NCBI GenBank assembly: GCA_965207225.1
Contig: CBDBLV010000004.1
Span: 128,001-192,000 of the forward strand
DNA: 64,000 nucleotides
Origin: Dehalococcoidia bacterium
GTDB lineage: Bacteria; Chloroflexota; Dehalococcoidia; Plut-88900
Reading direction: 5' to 3'
Part shown: one piece after another, positions 18,622 to 28,327 of the stretch
Layout: each line of letters starts with the position of its first letter
How positions within the stretch are numbered: position 1 is the stretch's first letter
The notes under the pieces: generated by a model
Told to the model about the DNA's origin: nothing
Database searches by the model: none
What the model saw: only the letters and a program-made list of their open reading frames with translations
Made by a program: the position numbers and the translations under genes

Positions 18622-19701
18622 TCAGCCGGAGGCCTGGTCCTTCAGACCGGAACCCGTAATCGGCACAAGGACAGTCTCGTCGCTCTCGATGGCGCCAGCC
18701 TCGATCAGCTTCGAGAGCCCTGCGAGAGCTGCTGCGGAAGTGGGTTCGCAGAAGAGGCCCTCAGTGCGGGCGAGCCGAGACTGCCAGGACGTGATTTCGG
18801 AGTCGGGGACGGAGAGGGCTTGACCACCACATTCTCGGAGGACACTTAGCACGTGCAGGAGACGCGGAGGGTCAGCGACGGAGATACCGCCTGCGATTGT
18901 GCGTTTGGTCGGGTCAGGGGCCCAAGGTTCACCTTTGAAGGCAGCAACTATGGGCATTACGGCATCGGCTTGAATGGCGTGGAGTTTGGGGAGGGCGTCG
19001 ATGCCTCCTCGGCGTTTGAGTTCGTGGAGGCCGATCCACGTGCCCAGAAACAGGGAGCCGTTGCCTACGGGCATTACTAAGTGGTCGGGGAGAGAGTCGG
19101 GGAAGTCGGCGGGTAGCTCGTGGGCGAAGGTCTTTGTGCCTTCCAGGAAGTAGGGGCTGAGGTTGTGGGAAGCGTAGACGAGGTCGTTCTCCTTGCAGAA
19201 GGCGAGGGCAGCATCGGCAGCGGCTTCCCGGGGGCCGGGGATGAGGTGGGTCTCGGCCTCGTAGATCTTGATCTGGTTTAACTTGGCTCGGGGGGCGGAG
19301 TCGGGGGCGAATATGTGGGCCCTTATACCGCACCGGGCCGAATAGGCTGCGACGGAAGCCCCAGCGTTGCCGGAGGAGTCCTCGACCATCTCGTGGACGC
19401 CGAAGTGTCGGGCGGAGGCGATCATGGCGGCCGTGCCGCGATCCTTAAATGAGCCGGTCGGGGAGACGAACTCCAGCTTGGCGTAAAGGGATGTCAGGCC
19501 GAGGGATTCGGCGATGGAGGGCAAGGGTACGGCGGGTGTACGACCTTCCCCCAGGGAGATGAGAGGGATGCCGAGAATAGGGTTTGCGTGTTGTGGGTAG
19601 GTGACGACCAGGGGGGCGCTGCAGTGGCTGCAGGAGAGGGTACGGATGTTTGGAGAGTGGTCTCGGCAGCAGGAGGTGCATTGGAGAGTATGGGAGTTCA
19701 T
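18622..19701 (-). CDS. thrC: Threonine synthase-like PLP-dependent enzyme
   Basis: N-terminal Cys motifs, SLGEGRTP, PTGSFKDRG (PLP Lys), DSSGNAGAS, EPTSAA, ITGSGLK. Confidence 0.8.
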   Translation of the reverse strand: MNSHTLQCTSCCRDHSPNIRTLSCSHCSAPLVVTYPQHANPILGIPLISLGEGRTPAVPLPSIAESLGLTSLYAKLEFVSPTGSFKDRGTAAMIASARHFGVHEMVEDSSGNAGASVAAYSARCGIRAHIFAPDSAPRAKLNQIKIYEAETHLIPGPREAAADAALAFCKENDLVYASHNLSPYFLEGTKTFAHELPADFPDSLPDHLVMPVGNGSLFLGTWIGLHELKRRGGIDALPKLHAIQADAVMPIVAAFKGEPWAPDPTKRTIAGGISVADPPRLLHVLSVLRECGGQALSVPDSEITSWQSRLARTEGLFCEPTSAAALAGLSKLIEAGAIESDETVLVPITGSGLKDQASG

Positions 19702-19816
19702 GGTGGATGAATAGACCTGGGTGTCGGGTTTCGTATAGTATCCCATCCTGTCGGGGCGGAGGTGTAGGGCCCTCGCCCCGATTAAACTCACAGCATTCCA
19801 TCAGGGAGGACTCAAG

Positions 19817-20200
19817 ATGCCGAAGAAAGAGATCATCAACGTAGACATGAAAGGCGGCAATCCGAACCTTTCGCCGGGGGCGAGGTTTGGAGACCTGGTT
19901 TTCGTGGCGGGTCAGACGGGGACGCATCCCGACACCGGGAAGCTGGGGGAGGGTGTCGCGGAGCAGACCCGGTTCACCATCGAGCGGATCAAGCGGGTGC
20001 TGGAGGCTGCGGGTACAAACCTAGACAACGTGTTGTCGGTGAACTGCTGGCTTACGAAGCGGGAGGACCTGGCGGAGTTCAACGAGGAGTACGGCAAGCA
20101 ATTCGTGGAGAACAAGCCGCCTCGGGCGACGGTGGAGGTGATGTTGAACAGGCCCGACTTGCTGGTGGAGATCATGGTTACGGCCTGTATTCCCAGCTAG
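19817..20200 (+). CDS. RidA/YjgF family protein
   Basis: LVFVAGQ, VLEAAG, FNEEY, PPRATV, LVEI. Confidence 0.88.
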   Translation: MPKKEIINVDMKGGNPNLSPGARFGDLVFVAGQTGTHPDTGKLGEGVAEQTRFTIERIKRVLEAAGTNLDNVLSVNCWLTKREDLAEFNEEYGKQFVENKPPRATVEVMLNRPDLLVEIMVTACIPS

Positions 20201-20226
20201 GTCGGGGTACAGGACTGTCTCCCCCA

Positions 20227-20303
20227 GTTCGCCCTTCGACTTCGCTCAGGGTGAGCGGCCCCATCCCACGGGATGGATTCCGGCTCGGAGGTCGGAGTGA
20301 TGG
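20227..20303 (+). repeat. Composite REP-like element (family A plus GGATTCC..GGAATGA-type palindrome)
   Basis: CCCTTCGACTTCGCTCAGGGTGAGCGG...GGATGGATTCCGGCTCGGAGGTCGGAGTGA; the same composite occurs at 60662-60743. Confidence 0.7.
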
Positions 20304-20305
20304 TG

Positions 20306-21649
20306 TTAGTTGGTTTCGGGGAAGAGGGGACCGCGGCCCAGTTCGGTGAGGACGCGCGACGCGGAATGGACGGCGGCATCCATTCCGGAACCTGCAGTGT
20401 AGTCACCGGCGAAGTGGATGTTGGCGGTCGGGGCCTGGATGTTGGGAACGTTAGGCAGGCGACCGACCAGCCACGGGCTGCCACCGTGCTCCCAGTGCTT
20501 CAGTGCACCGGTTATGACGCGGCCCCGGGTGTCGGGGAGGACTTCGTACATGGACTCCATCAGGGATTCCAGGGCCTCGCCGTCTGAAAGCTTCTGGAGG
20601 CGCTTGGACTCGACGTCGCCGGTGTAGACCCGCAGGAGCCCTTGCCCTGTGCGCTCCTTGACCTCCCTGGGGAAGGTGATGGTGGGGTTGGTGACGGAGA
20701 CCAGGGGACTTCTAACCGTGGGCACCCGCCATACGCCCTCGCCGAGGAAGTCCTCGGAGGGGCGGTCCAGGAGGAAACCGGCGCTGGTTATGGAGCCGTA
20801 GGTGGCGGCGGCGAGTGCTGTTCGCTTCCAGTCGGGAAGAGGGTCAACGATGTTGAGAGCCAGGGGCGCGGGGACGGCCATGACGCACTTCCCGGCCCGG
20901 ACCGTGTGGGTCTGGCCGCCCTGATTATAAGTGACGGTGACGCCATCTGCGGACTCTTCGACCCTCGACACCTCTGCCGAAGTCTTAATCCTATCGGAGA
21001 GGCGGTCCCAGAGGGCTCGGGCGATCTGCCAGGTGCCGCCATTGACGAAGTATTCCTTGGCTACGAAGTGTAGGAATGTGTTGATAGGGTGGTAGGCCGA
21101 TGACTCTCCGGCGTCGGTGGTGGTCGTGGCGAGGGCGACGGTGTCCCAGAGATCCCGGAGGTCACCGGGCTTGAGATTCAGGTATTGGGCGAGGGTCATG
21201 GAGTTAAGGTGGATGATCTTGGGGTCATTGATGTCGGGGAAGTCCTTGCGGAAGCCGCCGTACTTGCGCCTGAGGTTGAAGACGTCCCATCCGAGCTTGA
21301 TCTTGTCGGTGATAGAGATGGGAAGCTGCCACAAGAAGGACGGCTCGTTGGAAGCGGCGACAAGTTTTCCCTTCATGATTACGGGGAGTTTGGTCTTGCC
21401 GATGAGGCTGCGGTTAACGCCCAATTCGTTAGTGAGTGGAGCCACGAGGCTGTCATCCCCGTTCACGACCTGGGCGCCCATATTGTAGATGTACTCGCCC
21501 ATCTGCTTCGAAAGGGTGCGCCCGCCGCAGTAGTCCTCCCTTTCGAGGAGCAGGGTTTCTTGGTCCTGGAGTCGGTAGGCTACGGTGAGGCCGGCGAGGC
21601 CCCCGCCTACGATAACGGTGTCGAAGGTCTTGGGGGTGGTTGCGGGCAT
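20306..21649 (-). CDS. Flavin-containing amine oxidase/protoporphyrinogen oxidase-like FAD oxidoreductase
   Basis: IVGGGLAGL, LLEREDYCGGR, IHFAGDYT..GMDAAVHSA. Confidence 0.85.
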   Translation of the reverse strand: MPATTPKTFDTVIVGGGLAGLTVAYRLQDQETLLLEREDYCGGRTLSKQMGEYIYNMGAQVVNGDDSLVAPLTNELGVNRSLIGKTKLPVIMKGKLVAASNEPSFLWQLPISITDKIKLGWDVFNLRRKYGGFRKDFPDINDPKIIHLNSMTLAQYLNLKPGDLRDLWDTVALATTTTDAGESSAYHPINTFLHFVAKEYFVNGGTWQIARALWDRLSDRIKTSAEVSRVEESADGVTVTYNQGGQTHTVRAGKCVMAVPAPLALNIVDPLPDWKRTALAAATYGSITSAGFLLDRPSEDFLGEGVWRVPTVRSPLVSVTNPTITFPREVKERTGQGLLRVYTGDVESKRLQKLSDGEALESLMESMYEVLPDTRGRVITGALKHWEHGGSPWLVGRLPNVPNIQAPTANIHFAGDYTAGSGMDAAVHSASRVLTELGRGPLFPETN

Positions 21650-21757
21650 GGCGAGCTCCAATGATGGATGTGGGAAGTCGGGGGTGGGGTCGGGTATATA
21701 ATAGCACCCCGCCTATCTAACCTTCGACCAAAGGAACACCGGAAGGATACCCGCAGT

Positions 21758-22750
21758 ATGCCCAGAACAAATTACGGGATAAGCCTGTCCAACCGCTCGG
21801 TGGTGACGGGGGACAAGACGGTGGAGGAGCTGGTGGGCATGGCGGAAGTGGCAGAGGAGTCGGGGTGTTTTGATGGGGTGTGGGTAGGAGACAATCTGCT
21901 GTCCAAGCCGAGGTTCGATTACCTCGTGCTCCTCTCAGCTATCGCCGCCCGAACGAACAGGGTGAAACTGGGCACCATTTGCATGGCGACTTTCCCGCTA
22001 CGCAACCCGGTCCAGCTAGCCATTCAGTGGGCCAGCCTGGACGTGCTGTCGAATGGTCGGACGGTCCTAGCTGTCTGAACTGGAGGTCCGGCCCGGTACG
22101 GGCCGCTGTTCGCCAAGGAGCTGGAAGTGATGGGAGTGGAGTCGAACGAGAGGGTCGGGAGGATGCTCGAGGGGATGCGGATACTCAGGCGGCTGTGGTC
22201 GGAAGAGAAGGTCACTCATGAAGGGCGGTTTTATAAATTCCAGGACCTCGACGCCCTGCCGAAGCCCGCCCAGGCCCGGATCCCGATCTGGCTGGCGGTT
22301 AACCCCAAGGGTGATGTAAAGCCGGAGTTGCTTGATCGGGTCCTGAAGCGGGTGGCGAAATACTCGGATGGGTGGCAGACGGATGCGATTACAGCGGAGG
22401 ACTTCCGGGAGAGGTTCGACCGCATCAAAGCGTATGCGGCGGAGATGGGTCGGGATGCGGACGCACTGGACTCGAGCCTGCACCTGATGGTCAACATCCA
22501 CGATGACCGGGACACGGCATATCGGCAGGCCCACGACTTCCTGGTCGGGTACTACGGTTCGGCGTTCATGAGGCCGGGCCTAATCGACCTCTGGGTTGCC
22601 TACGGCCGCCCCGAGAACGTGGCGGAGAAGATCCAGTCCTACGTGGACGCTGGGTGCACGACTCCCGTACTGAGGTTTGTCGGACCGGATATGACGGAGC
22701 AGGTGGGCCGGTACGTCGAAGAGGTGGCGCCGCTGTTGGATAAGAGATGA
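21758..22750 (+). CDS. LLM-class oxidoreductase with in-frame TGA (22076-22078), putative selenocysteine
   Basis: ORFs 21668-22078 and 22127-22750 are in the same frame. Readthrough gives one 330-aa LLM (VWVGD..., LDVLSNGRTVLAV[U]TGG, PKPAQARIPIWLA). A SECIS-like hairpin follows the TGA. Confidence 0.8.
22079..22105 (+). promoter_or_regulatory. Putative bacterial SECIS element
   Basis: TGA, 10-nt spacer, then perfect stem CGGCCCG-GTA-CGGGCCG (22089-22105) with GU in the apical loop. Confidence 0.65.
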
Positions 22751-23898
22751 GGATCTTGGTCCTCGGGTGCGGGTTCCACGGACGGGGGATCGCCTACCAG
22801 ATAGCAGCAGAAGGCGAGGATGTGGAGCTGGTGGCGGCGGACAAGGATGGGGAACGGGCGCGTCGGGTGGCGGAGAGGACGGGCGGGGAGTGGATGGAAT
22901 TGGATGTTAAGGATGAGTCGGGGCTGAGGGAGGCTTTGAACGGGGTAGATACGGTATTCAACGCCACGGGGCCCTACCATCTGCTGGGTTTGAAGGTGGT
23001 TGATGCGGCAATTGTAACTAACACTCATTATGTAGACATGGCCGATGACCATGAAATGACCGAGGAGCTGTTTTTCAACCCGGCGTGGGACCGGCGAGCG
23101 CGGGAGGCGGATGTCGCGGTGCTGTCGGGGTGCGGGATTATGCCGGGGCTCAGCGGGGTGCTAGCCAGGCACGGATACGACGAAATGGACGAGCCACGAA
23201 AGATAAACATCTGGTTTACGTGGAATTATTCGCTGAATTATCCTTCCGCTATACATCACTTCCTGAGGATCAACAACGGGTTGGCACCGCAGTTTATGAA
23301 TAGTGGTTATGTTAAGCCTGGGGCTTTCGCAAACAGAGAAACTATAGACTTTTTGCTGCCGGTCGGGGGTAAGGAGGTGTACTATACGGGCGTGCCGGAC
23401 CCGGTGAGTATTTCGCAGTCGCTGCCGGGGCTAAAAGAGGTCACGGCAAGTGGGGGACTGCACCAGCCCGAGGGCAACGACTTCATGGAGTCGATGGTCA
23501 GGTGGGGGTTCACCTCGTATGAGAAGGTCCCGGGTTTTGACCGGAGTCCGATGGAATACCTGATGGCCTATCTAAAGTCTGGCGAGGGAAAGCAATACTT
23601 CGACATCGAGCCTCTGGGCCAGCCTATGGCGGTGCGGGTTAGAGTAGATGGGATGAATGAAGGAGAGCCATGTCGTCGGGTGTTCGAGGTGCAGGACTAT
23701 TCGAGGAGGGGCACCACTTCGGTGGCGGCGCTGGCGACCTTGATGGTGGCGTCGGAAGAGATTCAGAGGAGAGGGGTGGGGAGTCCGGAGGGGTGGCTGG
23801 ATGCGGAGTCGTTCCTAAGGCGGATGGACCGGGAGCCGGGAGTGGATCTGTTTGAGCTGGTGGGGGGTGGGGAGGCTAAGGCCTTGTTTGAAAGGTAA
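22747..23898 (+). CDS. Saccharopine dehydrogenase-like NAD(P)-binding oxidoreductase
   Basis: MRILVLGCGFHG, FNATGPY, HYVDMADD, GCGIMPGLS; ATGA overlap with the upstream LLM stop. Confidence 0.87.
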   Translation: MRILVLGCGFHGRGIAYQIAAEGEDVELVAADKDGERARRVAERTGGEWMELDVKDESGLREALNGVDTVFNATGPYHLLGLKVVDAAIVTNTHYVDMADDHEMTEELFFNPAWDRRAREADVAVLSGCGIMPGLSGVLARHGYDEMDEPRKINIWFTWNYSLNYPSAIHHFLRINNGLAPQFMNSGYVKPGAFANRETIDFLLPVGGKEVYYTGVPDPVSISQSLPGLKEVTASGGLHQPEGNDFMESMVRWGFTSYEKVPGFDRSPMEYLMAYLKSGEGKQYFDIEPLGQPMAVRVRVDGMNEGEPCRRVFEVQDYSRRGTTSVAALATLMVASEEIQRRGVGSPEGWLDAESFLRRMDREPGVDLFELVGGGEAKALFER

Positions 23899-23960
23899 GG
23901 GTGAAATTCCCCCTCATCCCAACCCTTTCTCATCGAAGGAAAGGGAATTAAGCGGAGGCA

Positions 23961-24872
23961 ATGATGGGCAATTACGATGACTTTACGGCGTATTTTAACG
24001 GGGAGTGGGTCCCGTATAGCGAGGTTAGGTTCCCGCCCCACGATCGGGGTTTTGCGGTTGCGGACGTTGTCTTCGACCAAGGGCGCACTTTCGGAGGGGT
24101 TCCGTTCCGGTTGGAAGACCATATCAATCGGCTATACAGGTCGCTGAAGTATGTGCGGGTAGATCCCGGGCTCACTGAGGACGAGATGGTGGAGGTGTGT
24201 CGGGAGGGGGTAGCGAGAAACGACCACCGCCGGGACTCTGTCGGAGACTTTGCCATCAATCCGATCATCACCAGGGGAACATCGGTGAGTGGGCCACCTA
24301 GTGTTGCGGTGATAATCAAGCCTATAGATTTCAAGGATTTTGCGAGGTTCTACGTGGACGGCGCCCACGCCATTGTTACCAAGGTGCGCAGCTACTCCAG
24401 CGCCATGCTGGATGCAAAGGTAAAGCACCACAGCCGGATGAACTTCGTACTGGCGGAGCTCGAGGCCCGGGACGTAGACCCCGAGGGCTTGCCCCTTCTC
24501 ATGGACATGGAAGGGAACGTCACCGAGGGGCTCGGATACAACGTTTTTATCGTTACGGACGGAGTGCTTAGGACGCCCAAGGACGACAACATCCTGCAGG
24601 GCGTATCCCGACAGACCGTGTTCGATCTGGCCGAGGGTCTCGGGATTCCGGCCTCGGAGGAGGACCTGCAGCCATACGACCTTTACACGGCGGACGAGGT
24701 GTTTTTCAGCAGGACGAGTCCACGAATCGTGCCAGTGGCAAAGGTAGACACCCGGCCGATCGGGAGCGAGATACCGGGTCCAATCACGCAACAGTTGCTG
24801 GCGGCGCACAGCGAGCTTGTAGGTGTGGATATTGTCGGGCAGAGTCTGCATTATGCGGGGGTCGAGGGGTGA
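23961..24872 (+). CDS. Aminotransferase class IV (second paralog)
   Basis: YFNGEWVP, DRGF, AKVKHHSRMN, EGLGYNVF, LQGVSR, ADEVFFS. Confidence 0.88.
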   Translation: MMGNYDDFTAYFNGEWVPYSEVRFPPHDRGFAVADVVFDQGRTFGGVPFRLEDHINRLYRSLKYVRVDPGLTEDEMVEVCREGVARNDHRRDSVGDFAINPIITRGTSVSGPPSVAVIIKPIDFKDFARFYVDGAHAIVTKVRSYSSAMLDAKVKHHSRMNFVLAELEARDVDPEGLPLLMDMEGNVTEGLGYNVFIVTDGVLRTPKDDNILQGVSRQTVFDLAEGLGIPASEEDLQPYDLYTADEVFFSRTSPRIVPVAKVDTRPIGSEIPGPITQQLLAAHSELVGVDIVGQSLHYAGVEG

Positions 24873-24914
24873 GCGGGTTGATTTGCTAAGGGACCTGCCA
24901 TCAGGAGGAAAACG

Positions 24915-25679
24915 ATGGCTGACAGCATGAATGGTAGGGTTGCGCTGGTCACGGGCGGGGGATCCGGGATTGGGAGGGCGACATCGCTAGTGTTTGCAAG
25001 GGAAGGGGCGAAGGTCGTGGTGGTAGACCTTGCGGAAGGGCCCGTGCAGGCAACTGTAGACCTAATCGCGGCTGGGGGTGGGGAGGCGTCGGGGGTGACG
25101 GCGGACGTGTCGAATACTGAAGACGTGAAGCGTATGGTTGCGGAAACGGTGTCGAGGTTCGGGCGGTTGGATGCTGCGTTTAACAATGCAGGCATCCATA
25201 CCGGCGTCCGAATCCCGTTCCACGACTATCCGGAAGACGAGTGGGACAGAGTAATCGACGTGAACCTAAAGGGCGTGTGGCTGTGCATCAAGTATGAGGC
25301 GCCGGTGATGTTAGAGCAGGGTGGCGGGACAATTGTTAACACAGCCTCGGTGGCGGGGCTGGTAGCGGGGCAGGGGACTTCGGCATACACGGCGAGCAAG
25401 CATGGGGTTGCGGGGCTGACCAAGAGTGCAGCCATGGACTACGCCAGACAAGGTATCCGGGTGAACGCGGTGGCCCCAGGGGAGATAACCACCCCAATGA
25501 TGGACCTGATAATCAGGTCTAACAACTTCTCGAAGGCCCAGAAGGACGAGGAGCAGCCCATCGGCAGGATGGGCAAACCCGAAGAAATCGCGGAGGTGGT
25601 GGTCTGGCTGTGCACCGACGCTGCGTCCTACGTCACGGGCCACGTGTTCCCGGTGGACGGCGGATACATGGCAACCTAG
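24915..25679 (+). CDS. SDR family oxidoreductase
   Basis: TGGGSGIG, NNAG, YTASKHG, IRVNAVAPG, VDGG. Confidence 0.92.
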   Translation: MADSMNGRVALVTGGGSGIGRATSLVFAREGAKVVVVDLAEGPVQATVDLIAAGGGEASGVTADVSNTEDVKRMVAETVSRFGRLDAAFNNAGIHTGVRIPFHDYPEDEWDRVIDVNLKGVWLCIKYEAPVMLEQGGGTIVNTASVAGLVAGQGTSAYTASKHGVAGLTKSAAMDYARQGIRVNAVAPGEITTPMMDLIIRSNNFSKAQKDEEQPIGRMGKPEEIAEVVVWLCTDAASYVTGHVFPVDGGYMAT

Positions 25680-25714
25680 AGAAGACTAATTGTAGGAAAA
25701 CAGAGGCCCGATAG

Positions 25715-26857
25715 ATGATCAAGCATTTCTCTTCGCTGTACGTGGGCCATATCGAACTGGAGAACGTCGGCGCGAATGGCACATCGCCCGAGGACCGGCT
25801 GTACCCCAACGAGCGGCTCACGGAGTGTTTCGGGATGGCCGAGGCTATAGCCAAGCAGATGGACTCCCAGGGCTACTACGCGCTGTGGATGGCCGAACAC
25901 CATTTCCAGAGGGAGGGATACGAGTGCATACCCAACCTCCTGATGCTCAGCACGTACCTTTCAACGCAAACGAAACGGCTAAAGTTTGGGTGTGCATTCA
26001 ACATCGTGCCGATGTGGCATCCGTTGCGGCTGGCCGAAGACTTCGCGATGGCGGATATTTTGTCGGGGGGTAGGGTGATATTCGGGGTTGGTCGGGGCTA
26101 CCACACCCGAGAGGTCGAGACTTTCGGGTCGCCAATGCAGGACAATGACGCCAACAAAGAGCTGTTCATGGAGCAAATGGAGATAATCTTCAAGGCGTTC
26201 AACGAGGACTCATTCACCTACAGGGGCAAACACTACAACCTCCCGGCCCAGGTGCCTTACAGGGGCTACGATTTGAAGGACATTACACTGGTCCCGAGGC
26301 CCCTCCACAGACCCGTTGATGTTTGGCAGCCAATAGCAAGCCGACGCACGCTCAGATACATAGCCCAGACGGGAATAAAGGGTGTGGTACATGGGACGGG
26401 AGAGAGGCTGGTAGACGATGTGTTTCGCGAATACCAGGAGGCGGCGGGCGAGGCGGGTCGGGAGCTGGGGTTGGGCGAGGACCTGGCCCTAGGGTTGTTT
26501 TTCTACATAGATGAAAACCAGCCAAAGGCAATGGAGCGGGCCAGGCTATTTCACGACGAGCGGTACAAGTGGTTCGCTCCCTTCGGGCTGGTGCGGTATA
26601 CGGATGCCGAGGGTCGGCCGTGGGGTACGCCGGGCGCACCCAGCCGGGCCCCGACGCTGGAGGATGGCGTAGACCAAAAAGTCTGGCTTTGCGGGGACTC
26701 GAAATACGTTACTGAGGTGCTGAAAGAGTTCGAGGCCAAGTATCCGGGGCTGGAACATGTGATACTGCACTGGCCCGAGGGAATGTCGCTGGCGGAATAC
26801 TCGGAGCAGCTGACACGGTTCCATGAAGAAGTCATGCCGGTTTTCGGGGCAGGGTGA
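25715..26857 (+). CDS. LLM-class flavin-dependent oxidoreductase
   Basis: WMAEHHFQREGYECIPN, WHPLRLAEDFA, GRVIFGVGRGYH. Confidence 0.9.
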   Translation: MIKHFSSLYVGHIELENVGANGTSPEDRLYPNERLTECFGMAEAIAKQMDSQGYYALWMAEHHFQREGYECIPNLLMLSTYLSTQTKRLKFGCAFNIVPMWHPLRLAEDFAMADILSGGRVIFGVGRGYHTREVETFGSPMQDNDANKELFMEQMEIIFKAFNEDSFTYRGKHYNLPAQVPYRGYDLKDITLVPRPLHRPVDVWQPIASRRTLRYIAQTGIKGVVHGTGERLVDDVFREYQEAAGEAGRELGLGEDLALGLFFYIDENQPKAMERARLFHDERYKWFAPFGLVRYTDAEGRPWGTPGAPSRAPTLEDGVDQKVWLCGDSKYVTEVLKEFEAKYPGLEHVILHWPEGMSLAEYSEQLTRFHEEVMPVFGAG

Positions 26858-26871
26858 GATACAGACAAGCC

Positions 26872-27222
26872 ATGAAGGTCAGGCGAATCGTCTCGAATAT
26901 CTCGGCCAACACCATAGAGAAGGGACGAAGTTTCTATTGTGACGTGTTGGGGCTGGAACCAGTCATGGACCTTGGATGGATTGTGACACTGGCCTCGGAC
27001 GAAAGTGCTCCGGTCCAGATCAGCATCGCAGCCGAAGGGGGTTCGGGTACACCGGTCCCCGACCTTTCAATCGAGGTCGATGATGTTGATGAGGCGTTTC
27101 GTAGAACGCGTGCCGGAGGATTCGAAATAACCTACCCGTTGACTGACGAGCAATGGGGAGTCAGGCGGTTCTACGCCCGAGATCCCTACGGAAAACTGGT
27201 CAACGTGATGTCCCACATTTAG
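26872..27222 (+). CDS. VOC/glyoxalase family protein
   Basis: MKVRRIVSNI, FYCDVLGL, DLSIEVDDVD, WGVRRFYARDPYG. Confidence 0.88.
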   Translation: MKVRRIVSNISANTIEKGRSFYCDVLGLEPVMDLGWIVTLASDESAPVQISIAAEGGSGTPVPDLSIEVDDVDEAFRRTRAGGFEITYPLTDEQWGVRRFYARDPYGKLVNVMSHI

Positions 27223-27260
27223 GTGCAGTTGCCTAAATCTATCGAAAGAAGGAAATCAAG

Positions 27261-28301
27261 GTGAGCAAGCGATTGGTGTTCGTCGGGGCGGGGGCGGTGG
27301 GGAGCTATATTGGCGGTCTGATTTCTGAGGCTGGAGAGGATGTTACGTTAATTGACCCTTGGCCCGACCATGTGAATGCGATAAAGAGGGATGGCTTGCG
27401 CGTCTCGGGTACGCAGGGGAGGCACCACGCCCGGCCCACCGCACTCCACATCAACGAAGTCCAGGGCCTGATCAAGTCGCCAGTGGACATCGCCTTCATA
27501 TGCACCAAGTCCTACGACACAGCATGGGCTTCCTATCTTATTCGAGACTACATTGCGGATAACGGATTTGCGGTCTCAATCCAGAACGGGATCAACGAGG
27601 ACACGATTGCAGCGGCGCTGGGTAGGGAGCGGGTGCTGGGGTGCATTGCCAGCAACATAGGAGTGGGGCTGGTGGAGCCGGGGCACGTGACCCGGACGGC
27701 GGCCGCCGGAGGCAAGGCCCACACGGTCTTCAGGGTTGGGGGGATGGATGGAAAGATGACCGCGAGGTTGCAGGAAGTAGCGGAGTTACTGGAGGTAGTA
27801 GACAGCACGAAGGTAACAACGAATTTGAACGGAGAACGGTGGAGCAAGCTGGTGGCCAACTCCATGGGGAACGGGTTGCAGGCAATCACGGGGTTGAGCA
27901 GCAAAGACATGGCCATGACCGCAGACGTCAGGAGGCTGACCATCCGATTGGCGGCAGAGGCAGTGGAGGTCGGGCAGGCGATTGGGCTTTCGCTGGTGCC
28001 GATAGGGGGCAAGGACCCGGAGGTGTGGCTGGCGGCGGGACGGGGCGAGGGGCTGGAAGAGCTGGAGCTTTCGATAATGCAAGCGGCGGAGCGGTACCAG
28101 GAGTCGGGGCGGTCATCTACGGCGCAGGACATGGAGAAGGGTAGACGGCTGGAGATCGAATATCTGAACGGGCTGGTGGTGTCCAAGGGTCGGGAGGCGG
28201 GGGTGGACGTGTCAGTTAACGAGGCCCTTGTTGCAAAGGTGAAAGCTGTGGAACGCGGAGAGCTTGCGGTCGGGGTCGGGGCGGCGGAGGGGCTGGGGTA
28301 G
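27261..28301 (+). CDS. panE: 2-dehydropantoate 2-reductase (ketopantoate reductase family)
   Basis: VGAGAVG, TKSYDT, QNG, WSKLVAN, SSTAQD, EIEYLNG. Confidence 0.8.
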   Translation: MSKRLVFVGAGAVGSYIGGLISEAGEDVTLIDPWPDHVNAIKRDGLRVSGTQGRHHARPTALHINEVQGLIKSPVDIAFICTKSYDTAWASYLIRDYIADNGFAVSIQNGINEDTIAAALGRERVLGCIASNIGVGLVEPGHVTRTAAAGGKAHTVFRVGGMDGKMTARLQEVAELLEVVDSTKVTTNLNGERWSKLVANSMGNGLQAITGLSSKDMAMTADVRRLTIRLAAEAVEVGQAIGLSLVPIGGKDPEVWLAAGRGEGLEELELSIMQAAERYQESGRSSTAQDMEKGRRLEIEYLNGLVVSKGREAGVDVSVNEALVAKVKAVERGELAVGVGAAEGLG

Positions 28302-28327
28302 CAGGTAGGGCCACCTACCGGTTACCC

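Noticed and set aside
21668-22750. Two separate LLM genes, or a pseudogene
   Set aside because: Same frame, a single TGA, a SECIS-like hairpin and intact coupling to the next gene make recoding more parsimonious, although a nonsense mutation is not fully excluded.
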